From: Octopus vulgaris
Taxonomy: Eukaryota
Direction of reading: 5' to 3'
Assembly (NCBI GenBank): GCA_951406725.2
Contig: OX597830.1
Location: 32,364,001 to 32,428,000, forward strand
DNA length: 64,000 bases
Shown here: in pieces, positions 28,476 to 41,675 of the stretch
Numbering within the stretch: the first letter of the stretch is position 1
Layout: every line of letters begins with the position of its first letter
Notes under the pieces: generated by a model
The model's database searches: none
Told to the model about the DNA's origin: nothing
The model's input: only the letters and a program-made list of their open reading frames with translations
Position numbers and translations under genes: made by a program

Positions 28476-29218
28476 CCACCATCATCATCATCATCATCAT
28501 CATCATCACCATCACCATCATCACCATCAACATCATCCTGAAGAGAAAGAAACATTATTAATCAACTGAAGCACTCAACACCTCACTCTCTTCGCCCTTC
28601 TCACACTCTCCTTCTCTTTCTATCTCTCTCTCTCTCTCCCTCTCTCCCATCCCCTGCTCTCTCTTCCCACCCCACTCTCACCCTCTCTCCTTTACAAAAC
28701 TGCTGAACTGTGCCTCATTAGAAAAGATCATTAAGTTACCAGAATATTGAATAATTGTCCCTTTTTTTCTCTCTCTCTTTATTAATATTTTTTCTCTAAT
28801 TAAAATGAAATCCTTAATTGCTTTTTTATCTCTATAACTTTATACATTTTTAATCATTTTTCCTTTCTATTTTATATTTTACATTTTATAAACGCTTTTG
28901 TTTTTTGTTGTTTATTTTTTGCTTCATTATTATCATTATCACTAATGCCATTATTATGATTATCAACACCGTCATTATCGTTGCTGTTGTTGTTGTTGTT
29001 GCTACAGTATTTCAATAGTTGAAGGGTCAGGTTGAAAGTTAGGGCTGATGCGAAAGGTGAAATAAATAACACATATGCGTGCGTGCACACGCACTTAAAC
29101 ACACACACACACATACACACACATTCACACGTATACATATATGCGTAGGTCTATAGAATTGTCTAATTATTATGTGTGTGGTGAAGAGACAGAGGAGGTG
29201 GGTACATTCTATCAATCT

Positions 29219-29299
<81 letters not shown>

Positions 29300-29306
29300 T
29301 ATATAT

Positions 29307-29358
<52 letters not shown>

Positions 29359-29382
29359 TGACAGAATGGCAGATAGACAGGC

Positions 29383-29454
<72 letters not shown>

Positions 29455-29455
29455 C

Positions 29456-29524
<69 letters not shown>

Positions 29525-29768
29525 GTAGGTAGGTAGGTAGGTAGGTAGATAGATATAGCACCATGTTGCAGCGATGGTGGTTTGGTGGGGCTTGTGGTGA
29601 GGGTAAGCTGGTAGGAAGGCGGTAGTGTGGTGATAACATTAATGATGGCGGTCATGGTGAAGGTGGAGGCGGTGGTAGTGGTGGTTAACTGATTTATAAT
29701 GAAGCCATAAAACTTAGAAGTCTTGAATCAATATGACAATTGTGTGTGCTAACACACACACACACACA

Positions 29769-29808
<40 letters not shown>

Positions 29809-29867
29809 TATATACACACACACTCACACATGTATATATATATACGCACGCACATAAAGACATGCGC

Positions 29868-29901
<34 letters not shown>

Positions 29902-30479
29902 ATGTATATATATTCACACAAACACATATATACACACACATATACATACACATTATATATACATATAATATGCACACATATATACACGTACCTACCTGCC
30001 TACCTACCTACCTCCCTACATACATACATACATACATACATACATACTTACAAACATACATACACACATATATATACACACACACGCACATTTACACGTG
30101 CATATATGTGTGTTTGTGTTGTGTGTGTGTATGTATATATATTCACACAAACAAATGTATACACACACACATATACATACACATTATATATACATATATA
30201 TGCACACATATATACACATACCTACCTGTCTACCTATACATACATAGATACATACTTACATACATACATATATACACGCACTTTTACCCGTGCATATATG
30301 TGTGCCTGTTGTGTGGGTGTGGGTGTGTGTGTGTGTCTGTACATGTGTGCACCCATGTGTAACGGATTCCTACCCTACCTTATTATCCGCAGTAGTTGAT
30401 ACTGTTAAACACTGGGAAGATACTTTCAAACTTTTAAGCTTTTTTGTTCCACGCACACATGCACATATAAAATATACAT

Positions 30480-30815
30480 ACTCTTTTATTCTTTTAATTG
30501 CTCCAGTCATTTGACTTCGGCCATGCTGGAGCTTTGCCTTTTAGTTGAACAAATTGATCCCAGGACATATTCTAACGGTCGCTTTTGCCGAACCGCTAAT
30601 TTACAACATTGGTTGTCAAAGCGATGGTGGGGGAACAAACATAGACACACAAGTACACACACACATACACACACAGTTGAAATTTACAGAAAAGCAAAAG
30701 ACGCAGACAAGTGTATGATAAACAAACAGGTGTATTTGTTTGACGCTCGGGAAAGTGAGAAAATCTTTTACGTTTTGAGCCTACGCTCTTCAGCAGAAAG
30801 GAGTATGAGGAAATA

Positions 30816-30901
<86 letters not shown>

Positions 30902-30936
30902 TATATACATATATATATATCTACCATTTCGATTGG

Positions 30937-30978
<42 letters not shown>

Positions 30979-31135
30979 GGACTTCTTTCAGTTTCTGTCT
31001 GGCAAATTCACGCACAAGGCCTTGGTCGTCCCGAGGCTATATTAGAAGATGCTTACCCAAGGTGTCACACAGTGGGACTGAACCCGGAGCTGTGAGAATG
31101 GGAAGCAAGCTTCTTACAACACAGCTACTCCTGTG
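30480..31135 (-). mobile_element. SINE family A with a P3 copy (30676-30820, minus) inside its central microsatellite
   Basis: A tail 30480-30670 and A head 30975-31135 surround TTTTACGTTTTGAGCCTACGCTCTTCAGCAGAAAG. Confidence 0.78.
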
Positions 31136-31394
31136 CCTGAAAGGCATTGTGTCATATGTGTGTGTGTGCGTGTGTGTGTGTAAGTGTGCGTGCGCACGCG
31201 CATGTACTTGTATGTATGTGCACATGCACACGTGTGTGTGTGTGCGTGCGGTTGCGTGTGAGTGTGTGTATATATGTATACTCGCGTGTGAGCATTAAAC
31301 TAATACATTCCCTGTGCAGGTTTTTTGGTTTTGTTATCGTTATTTTCAATGTTCGATTGTTAATGATAAAGCTTTCATATTCGATTTCACTACA

Positions 31395-31772
31395 TACTCT
31401 TTTACTTGTTTCAGTTATTTGACTGCGGCCATGCTGGAGCACCGCCTTTAGTCGAGTAAATCGGCCCCAGGACTCATTCTTTGTAAGACTTATTCTATCG
31501 GTCTCTTTTGACGAACCGCTAAGTTATGGGGACGTAAACACATCAGCATCGGTTGTTAAGTGATGTTGGGGGTGGGTGGACAAACACACTCACAATTATA
31601 TACATATATACGACGGGCTTCTTTCAGTTTCCGTCTACCAACTCCACTCACAAGGCTTTGGTCGACCCCAGGCTATAGTAGAAGACACTTGCCCAAGGTG
31701 CCATGCAGTGGGACTGAACCCGAAACCATGTGGTTGGTAAGCAAGCTACTTACCACACAGCCACTCCTGTGC
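31395..31772 (-). mobile_element. SINE family A, full length
   Basis: Complete tail to head (…CTACTTACCACACAGCCACTCCTGTGC). Confidence 0.92.
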
Positions 31773-31909
31773 GCACACACTCATATATATATATATGTGT
31801 GTGTATAAGTATGTGTGTGTTGTGCGCGCACTAAAACTGATGGTATGGCTTGCATAAAATGAAAAGAAACCGCAAGATATCAACTAGATTATGGCTGGGA
31901 GCAAAGAGT

Positions 31910-32089
31910 TTACACGAAGCAGCTGCCCTCAGCTTTCATAACGGCCTCAAGATGGCTCCGGAACCTGGTGCATGCAGTCCCCACAATGCCCCTGTGAGGA
32001 TCTCCGAGCACCTCGTTCATCTTGGACGTCTGCTCGGCCTTGGTGTTGCAAGCAGTGCTGTTGGTATCTTTCTTAACTGTGCCCTACAC
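31910..32089 (-). pseudogene. C-terminal fragment of a Tc1/mariner-superfamily transposase (possibly maT-like)
   Basis: V*GTVKKDTNSTACNTKAEQTSKMNEVLGDPHRGIVGTACTRFRSHLEAVMKAEGSCFV* follows the W…C..F..RL.AV..A.G..F pattern of these C-termini; catalytic residues absent. Confidence 0.65.
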
Positions 32090-33009
32090 TTAGTAACCAC
32101 CGACACGAGTACCCTTCACGTAGTTTCTCAGGGAGATTCAACCTGAAACAAACTGTGACAAGGCTGGCCCTTTGAAATACAGGTACCACTTATTTTCGCC
32201 AGGTAAATGGACTGGAGTGTACGTGAAATAAAATATATTGATCAAGGACACAGCACGTTGCCGGGAATTGAACTCACGACCTTACGGTTGGGTCGTTAGT
32301 CGACTACTCTTAACCACTAAGCCATGCGCCTTCAACGAGTGCGTGTGTAAGCTACGTACGTATTCTTGTTTCTTTTTTTCTCCTCATAGTATTGATTCTA
32401 GTAGACGAACGAAAACACAAAAAGAAGAAAGCAAAAAATAAAATAAAATAAAATAAAATAAACAAAATAACCGGAGAAACTGAAGAGATTCTTCGGTGGT
32501 GCGCAGAAGTCATTTGATGCCGCATGCCTATCCTGTTGAATATATTTGTTGGAGGATTTAAGAAACAACGTTGACGTCATTACAAAGAATGTATCGATTC
32601 TATATTTTACTTTGTCAAAGATCAAAGACGGGGCTTAGCGGCATTTTTTTTAAAAACCGCGTCGTCTGTGTTATTCATTTATTGGGAAGACCTTGTTTCA
32701 TGTTTGTTGTCACCATTGCTATTTGTTGCATTTTTTTTGTGTGTGTAATTGATGTAATTGTTTATAGTGATGCTGGTGTTACGCTAGTTGTTACTGTTTC
32801 TGCTGTTGTTGGTCGTTGTTGATGCTATCCCTTTTTTTTTACAATGTTATAGTTTTTTTAAGCTACAACTTGTTGTTGTTGTTGTTGTTGTTGCTGTTGT
32901 ACCCGTCGAGGTCAAACTTTTGTCTTTCGTCCTTTGTTAGGTCGATAACAAAATAGATAACAAAAAATATGTATCAGTCAGGTACTGAGGTCAATATATC
33001 AGACCTGGC

Positions 33010-33505
33010 GCTCCGTCGATTATGACAACGAGGGTTTCCATTTGATCCAATCAACGAGACAGTCTGCTCGTCGTGAAATTAACATGCATGTGGTTGAACA
33101 CTCACTCCGCAGAGACGTGTGCCCTTAACGTGTCTCAGGGAGATTCGGCGTGACACAGAGTGCGACTAGACGGGTCCTTTGAAATACAGGTACCACTCAC
33201 GTTTGGGTTCCAGTCGATCAGATTCAAAGGAACAGCCTGCTCGTGAAATTAACGTGTACGTGGCTGAGCACTCCACAGACACGTGTACCCTTAACGTAGT
33301 TCTCAGAGATATTCAGTGTGACACAGAATGCGACTAGATTGCTCCTTTGAAATGCGGGTACTACTCATTTTTGCTAGCTGAGTAGACTGGAGCAACGTGA
33401 ACTAAAATGTCTTGCTCAAGGACACAACGCGTCGCCGGGAATTGAACTCACGACATTACGATCGTGAGCTAAACACCCTAACCACTAAGCCACGCGCCTT
33501 CACGA
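33010..33505 (-). mobile_element. SINE family C with duplicated 3' body
   Basis: CTCGTGAAATTAAC…CCTTTGAAAT block occurs twice; head at about 33430-33500. Confidence 0.82.
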
Positions 33506-33694
33506 GGTCAACATGACTGACTAACCTATTCTTCGTCTTACAAAATAACTAAATAAATGAATGAATGAATGAATAAATAAATAAATAATGACGTCTCTGG
33601 CCTTGTGTCTATATTGCACATAATAGTGGTTTCAAACATTTTTCCACAAGGGCAGCCAATTTTTTTTCTATATTACACACAACAGTAATAATTA

Positions 33695-34062
33695 TAACAA
33701 GGGCACTCAGAGAGCTCATACCTCTGCCAAGGCAACACCAACGTCCTCTCAACCATTAGCCAAGTTTTTAAAATGAGATATTTGAAATAAATTCGACTGC
33801 TCTCACAAACGAGAATACTAAATATGAACCCGACCGCTCTCAAAAATTAAGTAAAAATCAAACAAAAGAAAACATGATCCAGAATCCTTGGCCGATACCT
33901 GATCGATCCCAAAATCTAATTAGTTTGTGGCAGCCACGAGGCCAAATATCTCTGAAAGTTTCATCCGATTCCATCCAGCGGTTCTTGAGATATCTTGTCC
34001 ACGAAGAAGCAAACAAATGTAACAGAAAACAATACCTCCGCCTTAGCAAAGACGGAGTTAAT
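33695..34062. mobile_element. Helentron-associated (HINE/DINE-1-like) non-autonomous element
   Basis: Subterminal repeat TACCTCTGCC/TACCTCCGCC near both ends, hairpins GCACTCAGAGAGC and CTCCGCCTTAGCAAAGACGGAG, A/T-rich junctions. Confidence 0.55.
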
Positions 34063-34193
34063 AATGGTTTCAACTTTTGACACAAGGCCAGGAAATTCGA
34101 GGGAGCAGTAAGTACGCAACTAGTCCTTATTTTATCAACTCTGAAAGCATGAAAGGCAAAGTCGACATTGGCAGAATCTGAACGCAGAACGTA

Positions 34194-35485
34194 CGAAGGG
34201 CGTTCAATAAGTAATGCCCCTGACCCACTTCCCATAGCAGTAGAGCAACGAAACTTGGCACAGTTAGTAGTCTTTTTCTACATAGGAACCACTCTGAGTT
34301 ACACATTTCTCCCATCGTTTGATGCAGCTCTGGAGACCGATTTTTTAGAAGACCCAAGCTTGGTCCTCCAAACACGACGTAACTTCTGAAATCAAGGCTG
34401 CATCATCTGGGAAACGCTTTCCTTTCAAAAACAACTTCATGGCTGGGAAGAGATGAAAATCAGAGGGTGCAAGGTCAGAAGAGTAGGGAGATGGGGGAGG
34501 AGTTCATAGCCGCATGCCTGTGCTTCTGATCTGGCGACACGCGTGTTGTGGACCGGAACGTTGTCCTGCAGGGGGAGGATGCCTTTGCTGATCTTGCCCC
34601 ACCTCTTGATTTTGATAGCTTCTCTTAATTTCCTCAAAAGTGAAGCATAATAGGCTCCTGTAATTGTGGTACCCTTTGCCAGGAAATCTGTCATCACTAC
34701 TCCGTCCTGGTCCCAGAAGACTGTGAGCATGATCTTGCCAGCGGAGGGCTGCACTCTTGCCTTCTTTGGAGGAGGTGAGTCACGGTGTTTCCACTGCATT
34801 GACTGGGCTTTGGTCTCTGGATCATAGTGATGGACCCAGGTTTCATCCTGTGTAATCAGTCTTTTGAAAAATTTTGACTCATCTTCTTGGCATATCTCCA
34901 AATTCATCCTCGAGCACTCGACGCGTTCTTGCTTCTGGAAAGATGTGAGCAACCTGGGAATCCATCTGGCAGACACCTTTTGCATATGCAAATGGTCATG
35001 AATGATAGTTTCCACAGACCCGGTACTAATCTTGACCTCATGGACTATTTGGCGAATAGTTATGCGTCGATCTTCCAAAATGGCAGCCTCAACTTGACGG
35101 ACAGATGCCTCATCAATAGCAGAAGCGGGGCGATCAGATCTGGGAGCTGTTTCCACAGAGTTCCGACCATGTTTGAATTTACGATGCCAGCGTTTTACAA
35201 GGTCATATGATGGGGCATCATCACCATAAGTTACTTTCATTTCATCAAAAGTCTCCCGTGGTGTGCGTCCTTTCAAATACAAAAACCGGATCACTGCTCG
35301 ACACTCAACAGGCTCCATTTCACACTTGACTCAGTTCAAACACCTGTAAATCAGAAACCACAATTAGTTCAGAGCTGTAATTTTCCACTTCATCTATAGA
35401 GATATAAATAATTGCACATGCAAAATTTCAGCGAGATCAAACAACTGCAAGTGGGTCAGAGGCATTACTTATTGAACGTCCCTCG
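34194..35485 (-). mobile_element. Full-length mariner transposon (irritans-type), inserted in a SINE-B
   Basis: 37-bp TIRs CGAAGGGCGTTCAATAAGTAATGCCCCTGACCCACTT (3 mismatches between ends); TA at 34192-34193 and 35486-35487; minus-strand SINE-B continues on both sides. Confidence 0.95.
34264..35318 (-). pseudogene. Mariner DD34D transposase with one frameshift (about 34487) and one late stop (about 34345)
   Basis: ORF 35318-34437 has the HTH region, WIPRLL, QDETW and LQDN; the shifted frame continues PYSSDLAPSDFHLFP…VF*KIG…RWEKCV…GSYVEKDY*. Confidence 0.93.
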
Positions 35486-35619
35486 TAAAACCGGAAGAAA
35501 AGCCGCTAAGTAATTTTTCCGGCATGTTAACTTTTCTGCCATTTCACTGTCTAACAACAACAACAACAACAACGGCAACGACAACGATGACGATAGCAAC
35601 AGCAACAACAACGATAATA

Positions 35620-36540
35620 ATCTTTTCTACTATAGGCTTAAGGTCTAAAATTTGAGGGGGGGGGAACTAGTCGATTACATCGACTCCAGTGTTTCACTGG
35701 TACTTAATTTATCGACCTTGAAAGGATGAAAGGCAAAGTCAACCTCCGCGGAATTTGAACTCAGACCTTGCAGACGGACAAAATACCACTAAACAGTTTG
35801 TCCGACGTACTAACAATTCTTCCAGGTTGCTGCCTTAATAATAATAATCATAATAATAATAATCATAATAATAATAATAATAATAATAATAATTGTCATA
35901 GCTCTGGGAACAGTGAGTAAAAATCTTGCGAAGTACACGGGACAAACAGGGGTTGCAATAAGGGTAGAGCACTTGCAGAAAACAGCATTGCTTGGAACCG
36001 CTCGAATACTCCGGAAGGTGCTCGAAAAATAAGGAGTGTTACCTTAGTTCACTGGTAGTAAACAGCTGACTCTGTAGTACATCTCCAGCGTTAGAAGCTG
36101 TGCAAAAGGCAATAATAAATAATAATGATAATCTTTTCTACAATACGCACAAGGCCTGCAATTTTAGGGGAGGAGCCAGTCGATGAGATCGACCCAGTAT
36201 GCAACTGGTACTTAATTTATCGACCTCGAAAGGATGAAAAGCAAAGTCGAATTCAGAACGTAAAGACAGACGAAATATCGCTAAGCATTTCGCCCGGCGT
36301 GCTAACCTTTCTTATTTCTTTATTGCCCCACAAGGGGCTAAGAATAGAGGGGACAAACAAGGACAGACAAAGGGATTAAGTCGATTACATCAACCCCAGT
36401 GCGTAACTGGTACTTAATTTATCGACCCCGAAAAGATGAGAGGCAAAGTCGACCTCGGCGGAATTTGAACTCAGAACGTAGCGGCAGACGAAATACCGCT
36501 AAGCATTTCACCCGGCGTGCTAGCGTTTCTGCCAGCTCGA
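35620..36540 (-). mobile_element. Chain of SINE-B copies (35620-35836; 36132-36312; B1 36313-36539)
   Basis: Reverse-complement B cores separated by (AAT)n. Confidence 0.87.
35893..36110 (+). pseudogene. 3' end of an R4/Dong-clade LINE within (AAT)n
   Basis: VIALGTVSKNLAKYTGQTGVAIRVEHLQKTALLGTARILRKVLEK*, short 3' UTR, AAT repeats on both sides. Confidence 0.8.
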
Positions 36541-36811
36541 TACAATCAAAAGAGCAGAGGTCACTGATCATAGTAATTTAAGAACTGTGAAAACCAAAAC
36601 AGAAACAATTGTTTTACTGTATTTCTTAATCCACGACACTGAGAATTGCTGAGGCCGTTGCTGTAATTAAGCAAAACCTTCCGCTTTGCAACAATGCGTT
36701 GCTTGCTTTAGTCTCATGGCGTGGCATCTCCGCAAATACCTTCCATTAGAGAACATGGCTGACAGATGCCTTGTAAGTGAAGTTGCTAGACGGAAACTGT
36801 AGACATCTGTC

Positions 36812-36852
<41 letters not shown>

Positions 36853-36902
36853 GAGAGATATATCGATAGACAGACAGACAGATAGGTAGGTAGATAGGTA
36901 GG

Positions 36903-36972
<70 letters not shown>

Positions 36973-36985
36973 TGGATAGATAGAC

Positions 36986-37020
<35 letters not shown>

Positions 37021-37064
37021 TAGATAGATGGACAGACAGACAGACTGACAGACAGACAGATAGG

Positions 37065-37112
<48 letters not shown>

Positions 37113-37146
37113 CAGAGACAGGCAGAAGGCAGACAGACAGACAGAC

Positions 37147-37226
<80 letters not shown>

Positions 37227-37261
37227 GGAGACAGAAAGACAGGCAGACAGACAGAGATATG

Positions 37262-37338
<77 letters not shown>

Positions 37339-37744
37339 CTGTAGTTGTAAGTAATCATTATTTGTTTACTCTGTTGTTACTTGTAGTAATAAAGTGGTGG
37401 ATTTCTGAGCAGCATTTATACCTTTTTTTCTGCTGTGGACACCGCCGGATTGAAAAGTACTGTCCAGGTGTCGAAACCATTATGATATCCGTTTGGGCAG
37501 CTGATGATGGAAATGCTCATATGTTATATTCAATTGTGAATTTTTTATATCTTATTTTCGTTATTCTGGATAGTCGTTCATTCTTGTAAAGTGAAATGTT
37601 TATCGTGGATTCATAGCTTGAGGGTTACTTTCGTATTGTTTAGTTTTCTTCATAGGTAACCTATGGCTTGAACATGGCTTAGATATTGATACCTATTGTT
37701 GGGAGGTCCTGTGGCATATCTCATCATGTTGACCCGTCAATCCC

Positions 37745-37945
37745 TACATATTTCTTCTCTCTTTTTTTTTTTTTTTTTTTGTTTTTTGTTCTCTCTACAT
37801 TTTCCCCTCTCAATCCTTTCTGTTGAAGAGCGTAGGCTCGAAACGTCAAAGACTTTTCCATTCTTCCCGAGCGTTAAACTAATACACCTGCTTGTTGTTC
37901 TTTCACCTGTCTTCGTATTATATTTTCTGCAAATTTGAACTATAT
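37745..37945 (+). mobile_element. Family P3 repeat with hammerhead-like motif
   Basis: CTTT-CTGTTGA-A-GAGC GTAG GCTC-GAAAC-GTC-AAAG at 37816-37851. Confidence 0.72.
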
Positions 37946-39276
37946 ATATATGTGTGTGTGTGTGCGCGCGCGTGTGTACGCGTGTGTGTGTGATGGAATC
38001 TCCCGTCGAAAACAACGTTACTAGTGTTCAGCTTTTGCTGAACAAGCTGCCCAAATGATTCGTTTATAGTGATCAAGTGTATGTGTTTTACATCAGTGCA
38101 CTCCCTCCATCAATTCGACATTGCCTGTGTGAAAATAAAAACAAGCAAAAAAAAAAAAAAAGAAACCAAGCAACAAATTTTTTTTAATCCGTATGGTCAC
38201 GGCTGGAATGCTTTTGAACGTTGGGTCTGCTTGTAAAGAGCTGATCTAGAACTAAAAAAAAAACAACAGCAACAACTTTAATAAAAAACAACGAACAGCA
38301 AAATGTACGACTTGAACCACAAACACTGCTCCAAATGCATTACATTCCAACAGAACCATTACAATTCTAAACAAATACCAGAACAGCAACAGCAAGAACA
38401 AAAAACGACAACAAATACACGAACGAGACGACGACCACCACCACAAAACCCTATTATGATCAAGATTACATGAATGTCTTATCAAACGAGTTGACTGGGT
38501 TTTTCTTAACGGCGGCGGCGGCGGAGGTGTTGGTGGCGACGGTGTTGAAGCTAGATGTTGTGGTGTTGTTGAGAGTGGTGGTTGTGGGGGTAGCGGTTGT
38601 AGTGGTGTTGATGGTGATGGTGGTGGTGGTGGTGGTAGGGTGGTGACGAGTTGACTCGGTGTGCTTCTTAGCGGTGACGGTCGCGGTGGTTATGGTGGTG
38701 TCGATGGTGATGGTGATAGTGATAGTGATGGTAATAGTGTTGATGGTGATGGTGATGGTGTTGATGATGATGGTGGTGGTGGTGGTGAGGGTGGTGCTGA
38801 TGGCTGGTGTACGGCTTGCCGGGGTGGTTAACATTTGATGAGGTAGGTACTGACGGATACACCCCCCACACAACCACCACCACCGCCATCACCACCACCA
38901 CCACCACTGCCATCGCCGCCACCACTATCATTATCAGCGTCACTACCAGCATCATGACCATTATCTTCAAAACTTCCAGCAAAACCATCACCACCATGAC
39001 CATCACTACCACCACCATTACTACTACCACAACCACCATCACCACCTCACCACCGTCGCCAGCACCATCACCACAATTACCACCACCATCATCATCATTG
39101 TCACCACCGCCACTATCACTACCATTACCACTATCATAATAGCCTCCGCCAAAACCACCACAACCACAACACTACCGCTATCATACCACTGCACCCTAAA
39201 CGATGCTACCACCATCACTATTATCATCAACAATACAACTACTACCACCACTATTGCCAGCAGTACCATCACCATC

Positions 39277-39660
39277 GTGCAGGAGTTGCTGTGCGGTAAG
39301 TAGCTTGCTTACCGACCACATGGTTCCGGGTTCAGTCCCACTGTGTAGCACCTTGTTAAAGTGTCTTGTACTATGTGGAAACTGAAAGAAGCCCGTCGTA
39401 TATATGTATATATGTACGTATGTGTGTGTGTGTGTATATCTGTTTGTGTGTCTGTGTTTGCACCCCCCCCCCCCAATCGCTTGACAACCGATGCTGGTGT
39501 GTTTACGTCCCCGTAACTTAACGGTTGAGCAAAAGAGACCGATAGAATAAGCTCACTAGACTTACAAAAAAAAAAAGTCCTGGGGTCGATTTGCTCGACT
39601 GAAGACGGTGCTCCAGCATGGCCGCAGTCAAATGACTGAAACAAGTAAAAGAGTAAAAAA
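39277..39660 (+). mobile_element. SINE family A with internal deletion
   Basis: Head and tail intact; segment between TACTAT and GGAAACTGAAAG missing. Confidence 0.88.
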
Positions 39661-39899
39661 GAGCCATACCAATTTCGTGTACCACCACGACATCACACCG
39701 CAACCACCACCACCACACCACCACCACCACCACCACCACCAGCACCACCATCACCAGCACTACCACCATCACCAGCACCACCACCTTCACTGCAATCCAC
39801 CACCACCACCACCACCACAATTATCAAAGCCGCCACCAAAAACCAGCACGACCACCTCCATCACCATCACCACCGCTACCACCACTATGACTGTTGCTG

Positions 39900-39932
<33 letters not shown>

Positions 39933-40355
39933 TCAGGAACACCACCACCACCTCCGCCGCCGACACCACCGCCGGCTCCGCTGCCGATGCCGTATTCCCT
40001 CCCAGACATCACTATGTGTGTGGCCCAACACCTGCTTGTTATTAAGGTTAGCAAAGGCATTGTACTGTTAGGTTTGATCTAGTCTCTCATTGGTTCCTTC
40101 ATACAGACTATAAGGTGGGATGGTGGTGGTGATGGTGGTGGAGGTAGTGGTGGTGATAGTGGTGGTGATAGTGGTGGTGGTGGTGGTGGTGGTGGTGGGA
40201 TTTTGGGTAGATCTTACTAAGAGAGAAGGGACAGGACAGCCAGGAGAGGTACGTTGGTGGATAGAAGTAGGTGATAGTGGGATAGAGAGGTACGCAGGGA
40301 AGAAAACTGAGATATAAATAGTGACACAGACACAGACACACACACATACATATAC

Positions 40356-40391
<36 letters not shown>

Positions 40392-40440
40392 TTTATGCGT
40401 ATGTGTGTAGAGACAGACGGATAGATAGATAAATAGATAA

Positions 40441-40521
<81 letters not shown>

Positions 40522-41460
40522 CAGCAAGCAGAGATGGGAGAGGAAAGAATACAGAATGAGGGCTGAAAATGTGAAAAAAAATGATATACATCTATCTGTC
40601 TGTCAGTCTGTGTGTATCTTTTATCCTTGTTTCAGTCATTAGACTGCGGCCATCCTGGGGCATCACCTGGAAGGGCTTAGTCGAACGAATTGACCCAGTA
40701 CTTATTTTGTAAAGCCTGTTTCTTATTCTCTCCACCTCTTTGGCTGAACCGTTAAGTTTCGGGGGCCATAAACAAACCAGCACCGGTTGTCAAGCAGGTG
40801 TGGGGACAGACACATACATAGCTACGTGCATACATATATATATATAATAAATTAATAAATAAATAAATAAAACATATGCATATATACATACATATATGTA
40901 TGTACCTACCGCTACATGTATATATACATGCATATATGGGTACAGGACACCCAAAAAACGTCGAACACAATGAGAAACGAAAACATAAACACAAAACCAA
41001 GGAAATGGACATTTTTCTTAAACAACGAAAAAATAGAGTACAGGACATACAAAACAAGGAAAATTCCTCTTCTTCAGTCGCCTCTGTTTCATCTACTCTG
41101 CGTTTCGAAGGTCATACATACATACATACACACACACACGCACATATATATATATATATTCTTTTACACATTTCAGTCATTTGACTAGGGCCATGCTGGA
41201 GCACCACCTTAAAGGGTCTTAGTCGAAGGGACAATCACTGTAAAACTGATAAGAAATATTAGGAAATATATCTAGGATCAACTACCATGCTGTGCATGTA
41301 GGTCAATTTCATGCATGATATTTCGGTCAAGTAACATGTAGAACATTTAGGTCAATTCACATGTAGTGTGTCTAAGCCAAGTATCATGTTTCATTGTTAA
41401 TTGCTGTAGAAAGTATGTCAACCCTGGAACATGAAGTGTAGTGAAGTCAAGTACCTCATT

Positions 41461-41655
41461 GTGTAATTAGGTCAAATATCTAGATTATTCTAGGTGTAAC
41501 TAGGTCAAGTATCTAGGTTATTCTAGGTGTAATTAGGTCATGTATCTAGGTTATTTTAGGTGTAATTAGGTCAAGTATCTAGGTTATTCTATGTGTAATT
41601 AGGTCAAGTATCTAGGTCATCCTATGTGTAATTAGGTCAAGTATCTAGGTCAAAT
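41461..41655. repeat. 33-bp minisatellite, about 6 copies
   Basis: Unit GTGTAATTAGGTCAAGTATCTAGGTTATTCTAG starting at 41461, 41494, 41527, 41560, 41593, 41626. Confidence 0.92.
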
Positions 41656-41675
41656 ACATAGTATAGTACCTTGGG

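Noticed and set aside
34887-35210. Plus-strand 107-aa ORF
   Set aside because: Antisense shadow of the mariner transposase
41461-41655. CRISPR-like regular repeat
   Set aside because: Units are contiguous with no unique spacers, there are no cas genes and the context is eukaryotic; it is a minisatellite
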